This document shows positions 15,033 to 36,182 of a stretch of DNA of 64,000 bases, piece by piece. The notes beneath the pieces are model-generated. The model was given only the letters and a program-made list of their open reading frames with translations. It did no database searches and had not been told where the DNA came from. The first letter of the stretch is position 1. The number at the start of each line of letters is the position of its first letter. Position numbers and translations under genes: made by a program. Source of the DNA: Amoebidium appalachense (lineage: Eukaryota > Protista > Ichthyosporea); contig CAVNZM010000015.1 in assembly GCA_963693365.1 (NCBI GenBank), forward strand, positions 2,852,001 through 2,916,000, given 5' to 3'.

Positions 15033-15162
15033 ATAATCAACCTCATTGAATTTGTTCTCCACATCTGCATATTTGGTCACAAAGGGGTCGGTGTCCTGAG
15101 GAGTCAGGTAGATCTGCAACAAAACACGAATGAGTCAGTGAGTGAGTGAGTGAGCGAGTGAA

Positions 15163-15197
<35 letters not shown>

Positions 15198-15841
15198 TTT
15201 GCGTGCGTGTGTGTGCGTGTTGGGCAGGTGCTTGTGCGAGCACGTGTGTGCGTGTGTACATGTAGCAGCATGCCCTGTGTGCATGACCAACCACACACAC
15301 ATAAGGGATACTTGTTCAAATGCGTTCATCTGCTACGGGGCTAAATCGGTGCTACACAGTGCGCGTGTTAACAAGGGCAGGCGTGTGTGTGTGCGCGCAA
15401 GGGGGGAGGGGTAGGGGGGGGGGGGGGGGGGGGGGGGGAAGGGGGGAAGGAGAGGGGAGAGGGGGAAGGGCGAGGTACAAACGTTGTGTGTGTGTGTGTG
15501 TGTGTGTTTTGGATGAAAAGATGGGGGAGGGGGGGAGGGTGTTGGGGTTTAAATGCGTCATAAAGTACGAAGTACACAAGAACAACGGATAGCACGATGC
15601 AGAATGCAAAACATACATAAAGAGTATGCATAATAAGCAGAGCCCATTCTCAGGTGGGGCCCACGTCATCCACAGTACCCGAGTTTCGATCCATTCACCT
15701 CGTTAACGAAACCCAACTCAAATACTGTTTCACTTGAACATGGGTGGGTCACCCGTCTTGATCAGAGACGAGCAGGGTTACTTATGCAGGCAAGGGCAGT
15801 GGGAAAAGCCGGGGGTTAAAGTTTGGGGGGAGGGCGAGGGT

Positions 15842-15885
<44 letters not shown>

Positions 15886-18800
15886 AGAGGGGGGGAGAGG
15901 GGGAGAGAGGAAAGAAAAGAATAAGAGAAAAAAAAAAGAAAGAAAGAAAAAGGAAAAAAAAGCCACTTACCGACATGGAATCCCTAGACAGCTGATGTGA
16001 CATTGAGGGCCGGCCCGAAGGCAGAGTAGCGGGTGCCTTGACGAGATTCTTCAGCACGTCTGCCGTGTGTGTGTGTGTACGTGCACGCGGGTGTGTGTGT
16101 GGGTGTGCGTGCAGGGGTGTGTTCGTGTTCGCGTGCTTGCGTGTGTGTACGCGCACGTGCGGTTCAGGAAAACTCGTGAATATTTATCGAACGGGATATT
16201 ATCTAGCCATATCACGCCTCTGGCACACATCACAGCGCAAATGCCGAGAGAGAACATACAAAAAAGGAAGCGTTGATGCACGTGTGTGTGTTGTGTGTGT
16301 GTTCGTGCACAGGTAACGGGGCGCGATAAATGCAGTGGTTGGGGAACATCTCTATTGCTAAACAGTTCAAAAGCCAGTCACCTCTTCCCCCCCCCCCCCC
16401 CCCCACCACCACCACCACCACCACACACACCCCACACACACGCACGCACGCACACACGCACACACACACACACCAGAAATTCGCACCGGCACGTACACAC
16501 ACACAGGAGCACACACACACACACACACGAACACATGCACACCTGACGCCAGGGCCCCGATAAAAACGTAGCGTTTGGACAAGACACAATCGCACAGACA
16601 CACGCACACATGCATATACACCCGTACATTATATCTAGTAAAAAAAGTGTTGCAAAAAGAGGGAAAGCGCCGGGGGGGGGGGGGGGGGGGGTTTGAATGA
16701 GTCATAAAGTACGAAGTACACAAGAACAACGGATAACACGACGCAGAATGCAAACCATACATAAAGAGTATGCATAATAAGCAGAGCCCATCCTCAGGGG
16801 GGAGGGGGGGGGGGGTTTTGAATGCGTCAAAAAGTACGAAGTACACAAGAACAAACGGATAACACGATGCAGAATGCAAGCCATACATAAAGAGTATGCA
16901 TAATAAGCAGAGCCCATCCTCAGGGGGGGCCCACGTCATCCACAGTACCCGAGTTTCGACCTATTCCCCTCGTTAACGAAACCCAACTCAGATACTGTTT
17001 CACTTGAACATGAGTAGGTCACCCGTCTTGATCAGAGACGAGCAGGGTTGCTTATGCAGGCAAGGGCAGTGGGAAAGGCCGGGGGTTAAAGTTGCAGCAG
17101 TAAGCAGAAGCAAGAAAAATATAGATAGGAACTCAGGAGACGGGGCTTCTAGGAAGCTCCCCCGTCGATACCTAAGTCGATACTTCCCTGGCTAACATAC
17201 TACACCAGCTGAAAAGAATTAAGTCCCGAAGGCCACAGAATTCGTAATCAGAGGGGAAAATATGAGATTTGACCCACGCCGCAGGGTAGTAACACGCTTA
17301 CTAGGGCGGAACTTTATCGTCTTCGAACGGAAAGCTATGCCCCCGGATGTCAGCCGGAAATATGGTATCACCCATTGCTTTGGGCTTGAAAAAAGCCAAA
17401 CCGATAGTCCGAGTTATGTTACGGAGGGGGGGGGGGGGGGGGGGGGGGGGCACGTCATCCACAGTAGCCGAGCTTCGACCCATTCACCTCGTTAACGAAA
17501 CCCAACTCAGATAATGTTTCACTTGAACATGAAGATGGGGGGGGGGGGGGGGGGGGGGGGGGGGGGCGGTGTTAGAACACATTTCTGAGCGGGAAGTACA
17601 CATTCACGACGAACAAAACAGTGCAGATTGCAGAACAAACAAAGGGTATTGAGCGGAGGGGGTAAGCAATAGAGGGTAGAGAGGAGACACCAAAACACAA
17701 ACCATAAAACATCACCCCCCCCCCCCCCCAAAAAAAAAACCCTGATATCAAGACCGCAGGGGGGGGGGGGGGGGGGGGGAGTGCAAGCAGGAGACACTTG
17801 AACCCTCCATCACGGGGGTTTCTATGCCTCCATAAGGAAGGGGGAGAGGGGGGGGGGGGGGGGGGAATGCACACCCTGTACATCGAGCTGTGAGTCATAG
17901 TCCAGAAAGCCATAGCCCTTCGTCGACACAATGACACCGTTAAGGTTCTTCTTGGTGGGGAGACGGACACGCACGTTCTTAATCGCAGCAGAGTTGGTCT
18001 GGAAAGAAACAAATATGGAATGGCATGAGAACAACAACATTAAACGCAACATTTTTTTTTTGGGGGGGGGGGAGGGCGGGTGGGTGCGTGCGAGAGCAAA
18101 GTTGCTGCAAACGAAAGAAAATAAGATTGTTTCAAACAATGCATAGCGGCAAGGAATATATAAGTCTCTCTCTTACTCTCTCTCTCTCTCCCCCCCCCCC
18201 CCCCTCCCCCTCCCTCCCTGTCCCCTTCTCTCTCTCTCTATCTCTCTATGTGTGTGTTGATCACAGCATTGGATGTGCCAAGGAGTTGCAACTAAGACAC
18301 ACGCTCTACACTCACCAATAAGATAAAGCGACAGTTTATGTGTGCTTGTGTTTTCGGTGGGAGGGGGAGGGGGGGGGGGGGGGGGGGAAACAGGCGATGT
18401 ATGCATTAGATGGTTGGGATTATGGAGAAGACACCAAGGGACAACCTGGAGGAGGTGTGTGCGTGTGTGTGTATGTGTGTGTGTGCATGCACGCACACAT
18501 AATACTCTCTCCCTCTCCTCCCCGTCCTTCACAAGCACCCTACCTCGCCCTTTGTAAGAGTCTCTGTCTCCCATCAACTTTTCCATAAAACCACTTCCCA
18601 ACCCCCCTCCCCCCCCAAAAAAGGTTTCCCTCTTCCTCTTTCCCCCCCTCCTCTTCCCGATACCTCATAGACCCTCTCACCCCCTTTAAGTTCTTCCTCG
18701 CCCACCCTCCCCCCCCCCCCCCCCTATCCCCCACGAAACCCCCTTATCACGAATGTTTTTTACACCTGTAGGTGCATGCATGAACGTATGCATGAACGTG

Positions 18801-18898
18801 AGGGTATTCCTGGGGATGTAACTCCTGTCTGCACCGAGGAACATGGGCGATCATGAAGGGGGGGGGGGGGGGGGGGGGGGAGGGGTATGTCTGCAGAC

Positions 18899-18949
<51 letters not shown>

Positions 18950-20232
18950 TTTGTGCACTTGTGTATGAACTGTGCGGTGGGCGTAAATGCAAATGCATCA
19001 GCATGTGCCAGGGTGGTCAAATGTGTTGTACGTGTGTGCGTGTAATCCTGTGTGCCCGTGCGCATGGAATGTATGTGCGTGTGCCACTGTGCTGTGTGAG
19101 CCCGTGAGCGCCTATGGTGCGCGTGTCTGTGTGTCGTGTGTGCTCGGGTGTGTATCTGCCCATGAGCACGTGTGTCCGTGTGCACGTGTCCGCGTATACG
19201 TGTGTGTGTCTGCATGCGTGTGTGCCCGTCTGTGTGTTTCACATGTGTGTGTATGTACGTGTACACCCACCCTCTGGAATTCGTCAGCAAGTGTCTGCAA
19301 CTGCGCAATCTCGAGCTCCTTTGGGAAGTAGCGGATAAACATGTTGCTGGCAAAACGGGCACCAGCAACGCCCACCGCTGCTTGGACCTTACGGCCAAGC
19401 TGCAGAGAGAAAAAATGTGAGGAAAAAGGGAGAGAAAAAAAGTTTAGAAACGAGAAATGTAGGCTTGTACAGCTGAGATAGGTTGAAGTGGGGAGGGCGA
19501 GGGGGAGGAGGGGGAGGGAGAGAAGTTGGGGGGCAAGGAGGAGGGGAGGGGTGAGGGGGTTGCAGGTATCCGTGCCTTCAAGTACACGTGTGTGTGTCTG
19601 TGTGCCTGTATGTCTGTCTGTCTGTCCGTGTGTGTGTGTGTGTGTGTGGGCCTGTGCCTGTGCCTGTGCCTGTGTGTGTGTGTGTGTGTGTGTGACAGAA
19701 GCCTGTGTCTCTGGTAGTAATCCACATCAGCAGTGGTGAAGAAGGGCGCCACCATACCTTGCCGACGCACTTTAAATGAGAAACCAAGTGTGCACGCGCT
19801 TGTGTGTTGTGTAAAGGGGGGCGAAGAAGGGGGGGGGGAGGGGGGGGGGGGGGGGGGGGGGGCTCAGTGCAAACCATGTTGTAAGGTTAGACAAATAAAG
19901 CAGCTGTCAGCAAGAGCAGTAAAGGCAGAGAGGTAGTTCACAAGAAGTAAACACGTTGCTTTTGCTCCACAACACACGTGGACCCAACTTTGCTAACCGT
20001 GCGTGTGGATGTTTTTGTGCGTGTGCGTGCGCCCGTATCTGCATGTCCTGATGTGTTTGTGCGTGTGAGTGTAAGTGTGTGCACGTTCATCGTACGCCTG
20101 CGGTATATGTGCACCATGTGTGAGTCGCTAGAGCAAGGAAGAGGGGGTGAACAGGATGGGGAGGGGTGGGGGGGGTGGTAGAGGGGGGGGGGAGAAGGAG
20201 AGGGAGGGGGAGAGGAAAGGGTAGGTGGGTGC

Positions 20233-20275
<43 letters not shown>

Positions 20276-20431
20276 CGAAGGGGGGGGGAAGAGGGGGGAA
20301 GGGGGGAGAGAAAGAGATCCGCACGGGTCCCTTTCGAAAAAGTCGTGTTTTCTTCAAAAGGAAGTAGAAAATAGACTTACCAGGGCTGAAGACGGTGCCG
20401 CCACCAGAGAGCGCATGCCAAAAGACGCCAT
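11689..20431 (-). CDS. Two-RRM RNA-binding protein (~241 aa, 7 exons) with a probable mitochondrial presequence and an Arg-rich tail
   Basis: Exons 20431-20381, 19399-19271, 17998-17875, 16059-15971, 15113-15042, 12723-12561 and 11786-11689 are all GT-AG and phase-consistent (726 nt). RNP1-like motifs are KGYGFLDY and LGYVIAEF. The N-terminus MASFGMRSLVAAPSSALLGRKVQAAVGVAGARFAS has no acidic residues, and the tail reads RRQQPRDNRRPRSPKQR. Confidence 0.85.
12879..13011 (-). mobile_element. Diverged truncated copy of the poly(C)-associated retroposon family
   Basis: Lies between two poly-G runs and retains AAGTACAC, AAGAGTATGCAT, GCAGAGC.CATCCTCAGGGGG and ACAGTA.CC of the family in order. Confidence 0.7.
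13719..14960 (-). mobile_element. Subfamily-B retroposon copy containing an internal 73-bp tandem array
   Basis: Starts TTGGAATGCGGAACACGG after poly-G, matching the reverse complement of 38100-38128, and resumes with GCAGAGCCCA after the array. Confidence 0.65.
13785..14886. repeat. Minisatellite, 73-bp unit x ~15, near-identical, inside an intron of the RRM gene
   Basis: Unit AAGGGATGGACACACACAAAGGCAAACATGTAAGATTGCTTCATGAAGTGCGACCCATCTGAAGCATTCTTAC starts at 13851, 13924, ... 14143 ... 14871, with no spacers. Confidence 0.97.
15548..15822 (-). mobile_element. 5'-truncated retroposon copy (older variant)
   Basis: ~275 bp matching the first part of 38882-39488 with several substitutions; G-rich flanks on both sides. 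Confidence 0.9.
16692..17532 (-). mobile_element. Nested retroposon copies: an older copy (16692-16800 + 17451-17532) split at its internal G-run by a young 607-bp copy (16817-17423)
   Basis: The outer pieces are consecutive halves of the consensus and share variants with 15548-15822 (GTCATAAAG, CCATTCACC). The inner copy is almost identical to 38882-39488, and poly-G lies at both junctions. Confidence 0.9.
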
Positions 20432-22066
20432 CTTCAACTTCAAAGAAAAAATATGAAAACCTAAAAACCCGTTCTGTCTTCCGAACATGCATACGCGTGC
20501 ATGTCTACGTGAGCCCACCGGGACATGTGCTTTTTCAGCGCTGGCGCTACCGCTTTGACAAATCAGCAATCCAAAATAAAACGTATGAACAATTAGACAT
20601 GGGGTTTGTAGATTCTTTTTAGTACTTTTAAGGGGCTCTTTAGATTCGGAAATTGTGCAAAACGTTTGGTAACCCATAAAGAGCAAAGTGGCTCATCATG
20701 GCCACGTGCACCGTGACAGCCAGGGCTTGGCTTTTGCCGCAGCGTCAGCTCGGAATCATCGTTGCGTGGGAGCTTCATGAAGGCCAGAATCCGGACGCTC
20801 AGATGTCTGGGGACCACTGGTGTATGAAAATACATGTTGGACACATCACACTAATATACTTGTGTACATCATAAAGAGGTCAATAGTATCAGTGTACGTG
20901 TGCATGAACGTACCCATGCGTTGACATTTGAGTGTTCTGTAACGTGCAGCGAGAAAGTACAGCCAACGCGTGGCCGATGATCATGAATAGTTAATTGTAG
21001 CTGGACTCTCACCTTTTATGCTTATTAGGCCAGCTAGGTTTGTGTGATGCCTGCGTGTCTCTCCTGGATCTCTGTTTATTGTATATGTATGAGAGAGTGT
21101 ATGTGTGTGTTTGTATGCGTGCATGCGAGCCAAGCACACGCGTTTGCGTGCAGTGTAGAGTGTGAGGGTGTGGTTGGGTGCAGCTGTGTGTGAGTGCACG
21201 TCATGTGAGTGGTACGTACTAACTTACTAATGTACTAATGTGAGCATGTTTGCCAGGGTATACGTACGCGCGCGCGTGTGTGATCATGACACCACACGTG
21301 TGGGGTGTGCATGCTGGCGTGTGCACGTCTGTACACATGCCGGCATCACTCATGCGTGTGTGTGTTTGCCTCGGGTGCCAGACATAGGCTGCTAGATTTC
21401 AAGCTTGCGGAGTAACAGGGGTTGAGGGAGCTCTTGCCGTTGAGTGACGAGCCGGGGCATCGTGGAGAAGGAGGGGGAGGGGGTAAGGGGGTTGGGTGGG
21501 GGGGCAGGGGGGGGAGAAAACCACATGTAATTAGGAGTGAGTGAGAGCGAGTAAGCAGGAAGTAGTCCTCCTCTATCGGGGGCACGGTTACTGTCCACCG
21601 TAGCTCTGCGAGGTGCTCATGAACCCCGTGGAATAGGAGGGTGGGGGCTGGGGGGAGGGGGGGGGGGGAGAGAGAGAGAGAGGTGAGAGAGGAAAAGGGG
21701 CCGGGTGGAGGGGAGGAGGAGGGGTTGGGGAGGGGGGGAAGGGGTCGCGGTGGAGGGGAGCGGTAGGTGCCACGGTAGCCCGACGCGTATACGTGCGTCA
21801 TTTTATTTTTTTCAGGCAGATAGGTATCATAAGTATGTGGCGTGGAGTGAATGTAATAACGGCTGACGGTCAAATCATATGAGCCTCAGGGTGCAAAGTG
21901 CTATGCATAGTATTCTAGCTCCCTTTCCCAACCTTCATCAGGGACCGAGTTCCCCCTCCCCATCAGCAGGCTAGCGCTGCTGGAGCCTTTGATCTAAGGG
22001 TGCCTTCCCCCCCCCCCCCCCCCCCCCCGTGTGACTCCCGGGGCCCTCCACCAGGACTCTCCCCCT

Positions 22067-22099
<33 letters not shown>

Positions 22100-22610
22100 C
22101 ACTCCTGGCTCCTCAACCACCCTCTCCCTCCGCCACCCCCCCCCTCCTCCCCCCGTTCCCATTCCCACAGTCGCCGACTCTGAGAGAAAACAACATCAGA
22201 TCTATATATTATAACCAGCTCAGTTTTGGTTATGAGTAAGTCTCCTCCTTACCAACATGAGAGCTGAAAGAGTATGAGTCTGAAAGAGGCTTTCCCGCCA
22301 AAATAGCGTACAGCCAATCAAAATATGGATAGTGTCGTGAGCCAAAGAGTGACAAAACTAAAGCGTGATCTTGAGCGCTGCAGGTTTTTAATGTCGGATT
22401 AGTGCATTTAAATCTGAAATAGTAATCAATCGACCACTAATATTTGATCTTCGCTTTTACTTTTAGTTTTCATTTTCCGGCCCTGAGCCTAATAAAAGTG
22501 ACATGGGAGGCTTTCGGAACGGTGAAGGTCCCCTAATAGCTCGAGAAGCGGACAAGAACATTATTTTTTATTTTTTTATTAGCTGTTGAATTTTCGTACA
22601 GGCACAGAAA

Positions 22611-30330
<7,720 letters not shown>

Positions 30331-30616
30331 CTGGAAATTAAAGGTTTGGTCTATCGATTTTTCGGGATACTATCTAGGTTAAGTATTTTGCTAAGTGGTG
30401 TGGTAGAGCTCGGCAACGTATGTGATGGCGACATTTAAGTGATATTGGCAGGGTTTGTCTATTGAAATTTCGGGATACTACTGTGACGACTTATATTACC
30501 CAGTTGTAGTCTATCTACTCTTCCGGATATCTGGTTGTCGTATTTTGCCGAGTAGAAGAGCAAGGAAGCGGGAGAGGCCAACCGCTGCTTCCCCCCCCCC
30601 CCCCCCCCCCCCCCCC

Positions 30617-31080
30617 GGCGTGGGTCAAATCTCATATCTTCCCCTCTGATTGCGAATACTGCGGCCTTCGGGACTTAATTTTTTTCAGCTGGTGTAGCAT
30701 GTTAGCCAGGGAAGCATCGACTTAGGTAGCGACGGGGGGAGCTTCCTAGAAGCCCCGTCTCCTGAGTTCCTATCTATATTTTTCTTGCTTCTGCTTACTG
30801 CTGCAACTTTAACCCCCGGCCTTTCCCACTGCCCTTGCCTGCATAAGCAACCCTGCTCGTCTCTGATCAAGACGGGTGACCTACCCATGTTCAAGTGAAA
30901 CAGTATCTGAGTTGGGTTTCGTTAACGAGGTGAATAGGTCGAAACTCGGGTCCTGTGGATGACGTGGGACCCCCCTGAGGATGGGCTCTGCTTATTATGC
31001 ATACTCTTTATGTATGGCTTGCATTCTGCAACGTGTTATCCGTTTGTTCTTGTGTACTTCGTACTTTTTGACACATTCAA
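30617..31080 (+). mobile_element. 5'-truncated retroposon copy (~464 bp) between two poly-C runs, intergenic
   Basis: Reverse complement of 38882-~39346 with few substitutions; C-runs at 30589-30616 and 31081-31104. Confidence 0.92.
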
Positions 31081-31485
31081 CCCCCCCCCCCCCCCCCCCC
31101 CCCCTTCTCCTTTCCTCTCTCGCGTGTCTTTTTTTTTTTTTCCTTCTTCATTTCTTCCTTTCTTCCTTCCTTCCTTTAGTTTTGGTACTTGTGGCGGGGG
31201 AGGTTTTGTTTGTTCATGTGTGTGTGGACAACTATTTGGTTAGGTTTCCCCACCCCTTCTCGTGTCCAAAGGATCTGAAGCGCTAGCTGTATGACAGTAC
31301 TAGTGAGTACGTGTGCCCCTCTGAGCTCCATGGGAGCGCTTGTGCGTCAATTGAATTGTTGATTCTTAACGGTGAGGGAGTGAGCATATTGGCATGTACA
31401 GTAATACGCACTATTACTATAATTATGGTGAGTGAGACGCTGATAAAGTATTGGGGCTACCGAGGCATCTTTATTCAGGGTTGTG

Positions 31486-31528
<43 letters not shown>

Positions 31529-31751
31529 CCTAGAGTATTAGTAAGAATGTTGGAACGTACGCGGTGTTGTACAATATGCTTTGGACGGGTTTTGATTGTG
31601 AGACGATACCCTGGCATGGTGCGTGCGTGCGTGCGTGCGTGCGTGCGTGTGTGCAGTGTGTGCACTGTGTGCCATATTGTGCATTGCACGTGTGGCACGC
31701 GCCAGTGTCCTGTGTGTGTTTGTGTGTGTGTGTATGTGCGCGCGTTTTTGC

Positions 31752-31789
<38 letters not shown>

Positions 31790-32907
31790 TGTGCATAACT
31801 GTGTGCATCATATGCGTGTGTTGGAGCTCGGAGTCCTTGTGTACTTAGATGTGTTCACATGCGGTCTTCGTGTAAACACGTGTCACGGTACGTGTGAGTT
31901 CGAACTCTCTATGATCTGCAATTGTGCGGGGTGTGCGTATGTGTGTGGCCCACATGTATAGACCTGGGCGTGGTTGCTTGAGTGCTGTGCTGTGGCGTGT
32001 GCGTGGATGGTTGGTGGGATGTAATGGGTGGGTGCGTGCGTGCGTGGTGGTGTGTGTATGCGTGTGTGTGTGTGTGTGTGTGTGTTGGGGGAGGGGGGGG
32101 GGGGGGGGGGGGGGGCAACAGTATAGGGAGATATAACCAAATCTAGGAAGCCAAAAACTACCTGCCATATATGGTTAAGCGCACCTCACCTTAACCAATA
32201 GGAATCCGGTTTACGTTTCGTCGTTTCCGATTGGCTGAAACAAAACAATCCTCCTGGGCGAGTCTGCGGCGTGGCAGCTTTGAAAAGCACCGTCACCTTT
32301 TTCTTTCTCTGTGTTCTCTCGTTTCCCTGGAAAAGCATCACTAAACATCTAAAAGGTACGCAAGCCTTCAAGAATGAAGATTATCTCGTTCAGTGGTCAG
32401 TAGCTGTATAAAGCATTATCAGGGGCGATGGATTAGCTGCCAGCGACGTGTAGGCGCAGAGGAGGGGCTTGCACGATGCTGAAAGCCCGAGAGGCTAGGA
32501 AGGGGACGTGTTAGATGGAGGGTTGGGAAACAAGCCGAGTAAATGAGTGTTGATCAGAGATGACGAAAGTAGAGGAGAGCAAGCATGGAAGGCTTCGAAA
32601 AGCAGAGAACGGAAGAAAGTTTGGGAATTTTTAAGGGGAGCTAAGGGGAGCTGGCATGGCCATCGCTTCTGACTAGTAAACACACTTCTCCAAGCACGTT
32701 CCTGTCCAAGATGGCCCAGAGTTTTCTTATGTGGCAAATTTACATGCCAAAATATAGGAAGTTTAGCAAAGCAAGTGCAAATGTGATCAGGTAATACCAA
32801 GAGATTGTGGGAAGTTCATGAGTCAGTTATGTGGCCACACCGGAAAAACTCTGTCCTTGTCTCAGTAGGTTTGTGCGTTCATGGGGTCATAACGGGTGTC
32901 TGTGCAG

Positions 32908-33786
32908 ATGGCGGCTGTTCGTGTGCTTCTCCAGCGCTTCCCCGCTGTCAGCCGCGTGGCTGCAACCCCGCTCGTGGGTGCTGCCGTCGTGGCTCCTAGC
33001 CTGCTCAAGGTGGGTGGGTTTGTTTCTTGGGGGGGCGGGGGGGGGGGAGGTTACCGGCTAAGTGAGGTGTGTGTGTGCAGGTGTGTATGTTCTGCGTGTG
33101 TCCTGTTCTGTTGTGTGTGTGCGTGAGTGGGTGAGTGAGTTGGTGGGGGGTCGAGGGTGGAAGGGATGCGGGAAGTGGGGGGGGGGGGGGGAGGGGGGGG
33201 GGGGGGGAGTGAGTGGTTTGGGGAAGGGGGGTGGTCTTACGTTTCCACTTGTGGTTGCAAGTGCAATAAAGCATAGCACTGAGAATAGCAGGATATCACG
33301 GCATAGGTGGGCAAACTTGCACTCACCTTACCGATTCTAGAACATCTACCCTACCACAAATGGCTATGACACGCAAATGCTGTCAAGCAGACCGTCCTTT
33401 CACCCCAGTTTCCCTTTCTCGACCACCAACACCTATCTCTTTCTCTCCTTCTCCACTTCTCCCCATCTCATGTTCTGTAATCATTTCAATTGTTCGTCCC
33501 ACTCCATAATCTTTCATGCCCGTTCTGTCAGACGAATTCCATATTTCCTTCTGACCTGTAACATTTACACACAGAGGGCTTTTGCTACAGCTGGTGGCGA
33601 GTTCGTAAGTGCACCCCCCTCCAACACCCTTCCCCCCCTCCCCCACACCCCCTCCCTTTGCCCTGCTCGTAACAGATGCTAGGGGGAAGGAGGGGGGAGG
33701 AAGCTCTGTATATGGGGGAGAGGAAAAGGGAGGGATTCTGAGAGAAATAGGATGCGAGGGTGGATGGGTAGGTGATCCTGATGAGG

Positions 33787-33818
<32 letters not shown>

Positions 33819-34977
33819 CCAGGCGGGGATGGAGGGGAAGATGGGGGATACGGGAGCGTTTGGGTTGGAGGAGACACGAGGAGAGGGGAATGAAAAGAAT
33901 TGCAGTGGTTTGGGAAGCCGTCATGTTTGGACTCTGTGTTTTGTATGAGTGTGAGCTTTCTTTGTAGAACGATATTCTCTGTTAATTCTGCCTATGTATA
34001 TGGGCCTGCTTTCTTATTCCCCCTCCTTTGTTGCGCCTGAGAGTGCTCCAACCTCCTTTTGCTTAAAAACTTTCCACCAACCTCTCCCTCGCCGTCTCTG
34101 TTCACCAATGCATCCCCCCCATTCCCCCCCTAATACCCGTCCCCCCCCCCCCCCCCCCCCCCCCAATGCACACACACACACACGTGTCCCGTCTCCTCCT
34201 CCCTTGTCAATCATCCCCCCCCCCCCCCCCCTCCCTCCTGTCACCACCACCAAAACATAAACATATACATCCCCTCCCCGCTCCCATGACACCTTCTACA
34301 TCCCCCTTGAGCCCCCGGCACAACACACACACACACACACTATTCTAACGTATGGATATTGCATGCAGACCATCCGTGAGGCAGGGACACCCAACACGGA
34401 TTCGTGGCGTCTTTACTTCCAGAAGGGGGGCAAGGATGTGTCCATCTGGCACGATGTGCCCCTCTCCTCCAAGCCCGGCACATTCAACATGATCACTGAG
34501 ATCCCCCGTGGGTACGTCTCTCCTCCCTCTTTCTCTCTGTGTGTATTTCTTCCTCTGTCTCATTCTTTAACTGTCTCTCTCTTTCCGTCTCTCTCTCCCC
34601 TCCCCTCCCCTCCCCCCCCCTCCTCCCCCCTCTCTCCCTCCCCCTGCTCTCTCTTGCCCCTCCCCCTCTTTGTCATCATGTGTGTATATATGCATCTCTC
34701 TTTGTCTCTTCTTTTATTTCTCCATCTTATTTTAATCTTTCTCTTTTGCCTCTCTCTCTCCCTCCCCCTCCCCCCCCCCCCCCTTTCTTTCCCCTTTCTT
34801 TCCCCTCCGTCTCTTTCTTTCTCTTTTTCTCTCCCTTTTTCCCTTTCTCCCTTCCCTTCCTCACCCCCACCGTGGATTCTCAATAGTTTCTACTGTATGC
34901 ACCTAGGACCGGCTCTGCTTTGTATCTCTGGTGTTTGTGTGTTTGAATGTCATATTCAAGACTGAACTCAGTCACTC

Positions 34978-35012
<35 letters not shown>

Positions 35013-36143
35013 CCCTCCTGGCCCCTCTCTCTCTCTTCCATTTCGCCGAGCTCTTCACAAGTCGTTTCTCAATTTTGCACGCACCACACTCCTTTCTTTA
35101 GCACACAACACACACTTATAACACATCTCCCTAACGATTTATTGCTGGGAAGTCACACAAGTATATTACTAGGAGCAGCTAGAGATTACATTGACATCTG
35201 TGCATATACGATCCTGTAGATATTCATACACCGTAATTTTCGTACAACGGTGTCAGAACCAGATGTGTGATTGTCGGTTCTGACCGGATGTAGGGCAGCC
35301 GGACTACATGCACACCTCGGAGCACCCCAATGTGGTATACAATCCTGAAGATATCCATACATACTAAGCTTTCCAAAAAAATAAACGGTGTCCGAACCAT
35401 ATATGGTGTGTGATGGGTAGTTCTGATTGGTTGATGGGGGCATGCAGGACGGATGCCAAGATGGAGATTGCCACGAAGGAGCCCAACCACCCCATTAAGC
35501 AGGACATCAAGAAGGGCAAGCTGAGGTGTGTGTGTGTTCGGTGTGTAGGTTTGGGTGGGTGTGCGTGCGTGCGTGCGTGTGTGTGTGTTCGGTGTGTGGG
35601 TGTGTGTGTTGAAGGGGGGGGGGAGTGAGGAGGGAGCAAGCGCTGTTGAGGGGGAGGGGAGAATGAAATATGTGGGTAACGTATCAAGAGATGGGGGGGG
35701 GGGGGGGGGGGGGAAGAGTGTGTGTGTATGCTGAGATACAGACCCGGAGGATGAAGAAAGAGGTGGTGGGGAGGGGGGATTAGTTTGGTGAGCAGCAGAG
35801 TTCCCGGTAGTGGGCTTAAAGGAGTCACGGGTGAGCATGGTGCTCACCATTAGCCCTCATCCCCCTCACCCACCCACCCCCCTCACACACACACACACAT
35901 GTAGGTTCCTGACCCATGGTAAGGTGCTGCACAACTACGGTGCACTGCCGCAGACGTGGGAGGACCCCAACACCCTCACTAATGACGTGGACAACCTGCC
36001 GGGTATGTGTGTGTCTACGTGTCTTCGTGTGTGTGCATACGTGTGTCTTCCCTTACCTTCTCGCACACATACACTTGCTTGGCAATGGTGTATCCCCTCA
36101 CATACACACACACACATACACACACACATACACACACACACAC

Positions 36144-36182
<39 letters not shown>

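Noticed and set aside
19700-19770. Possible exon in the first intron of the RRM gene
   Set aside because: Exons 1 and 2 join directly into a coherent presequence, and there is no support for inclusion.
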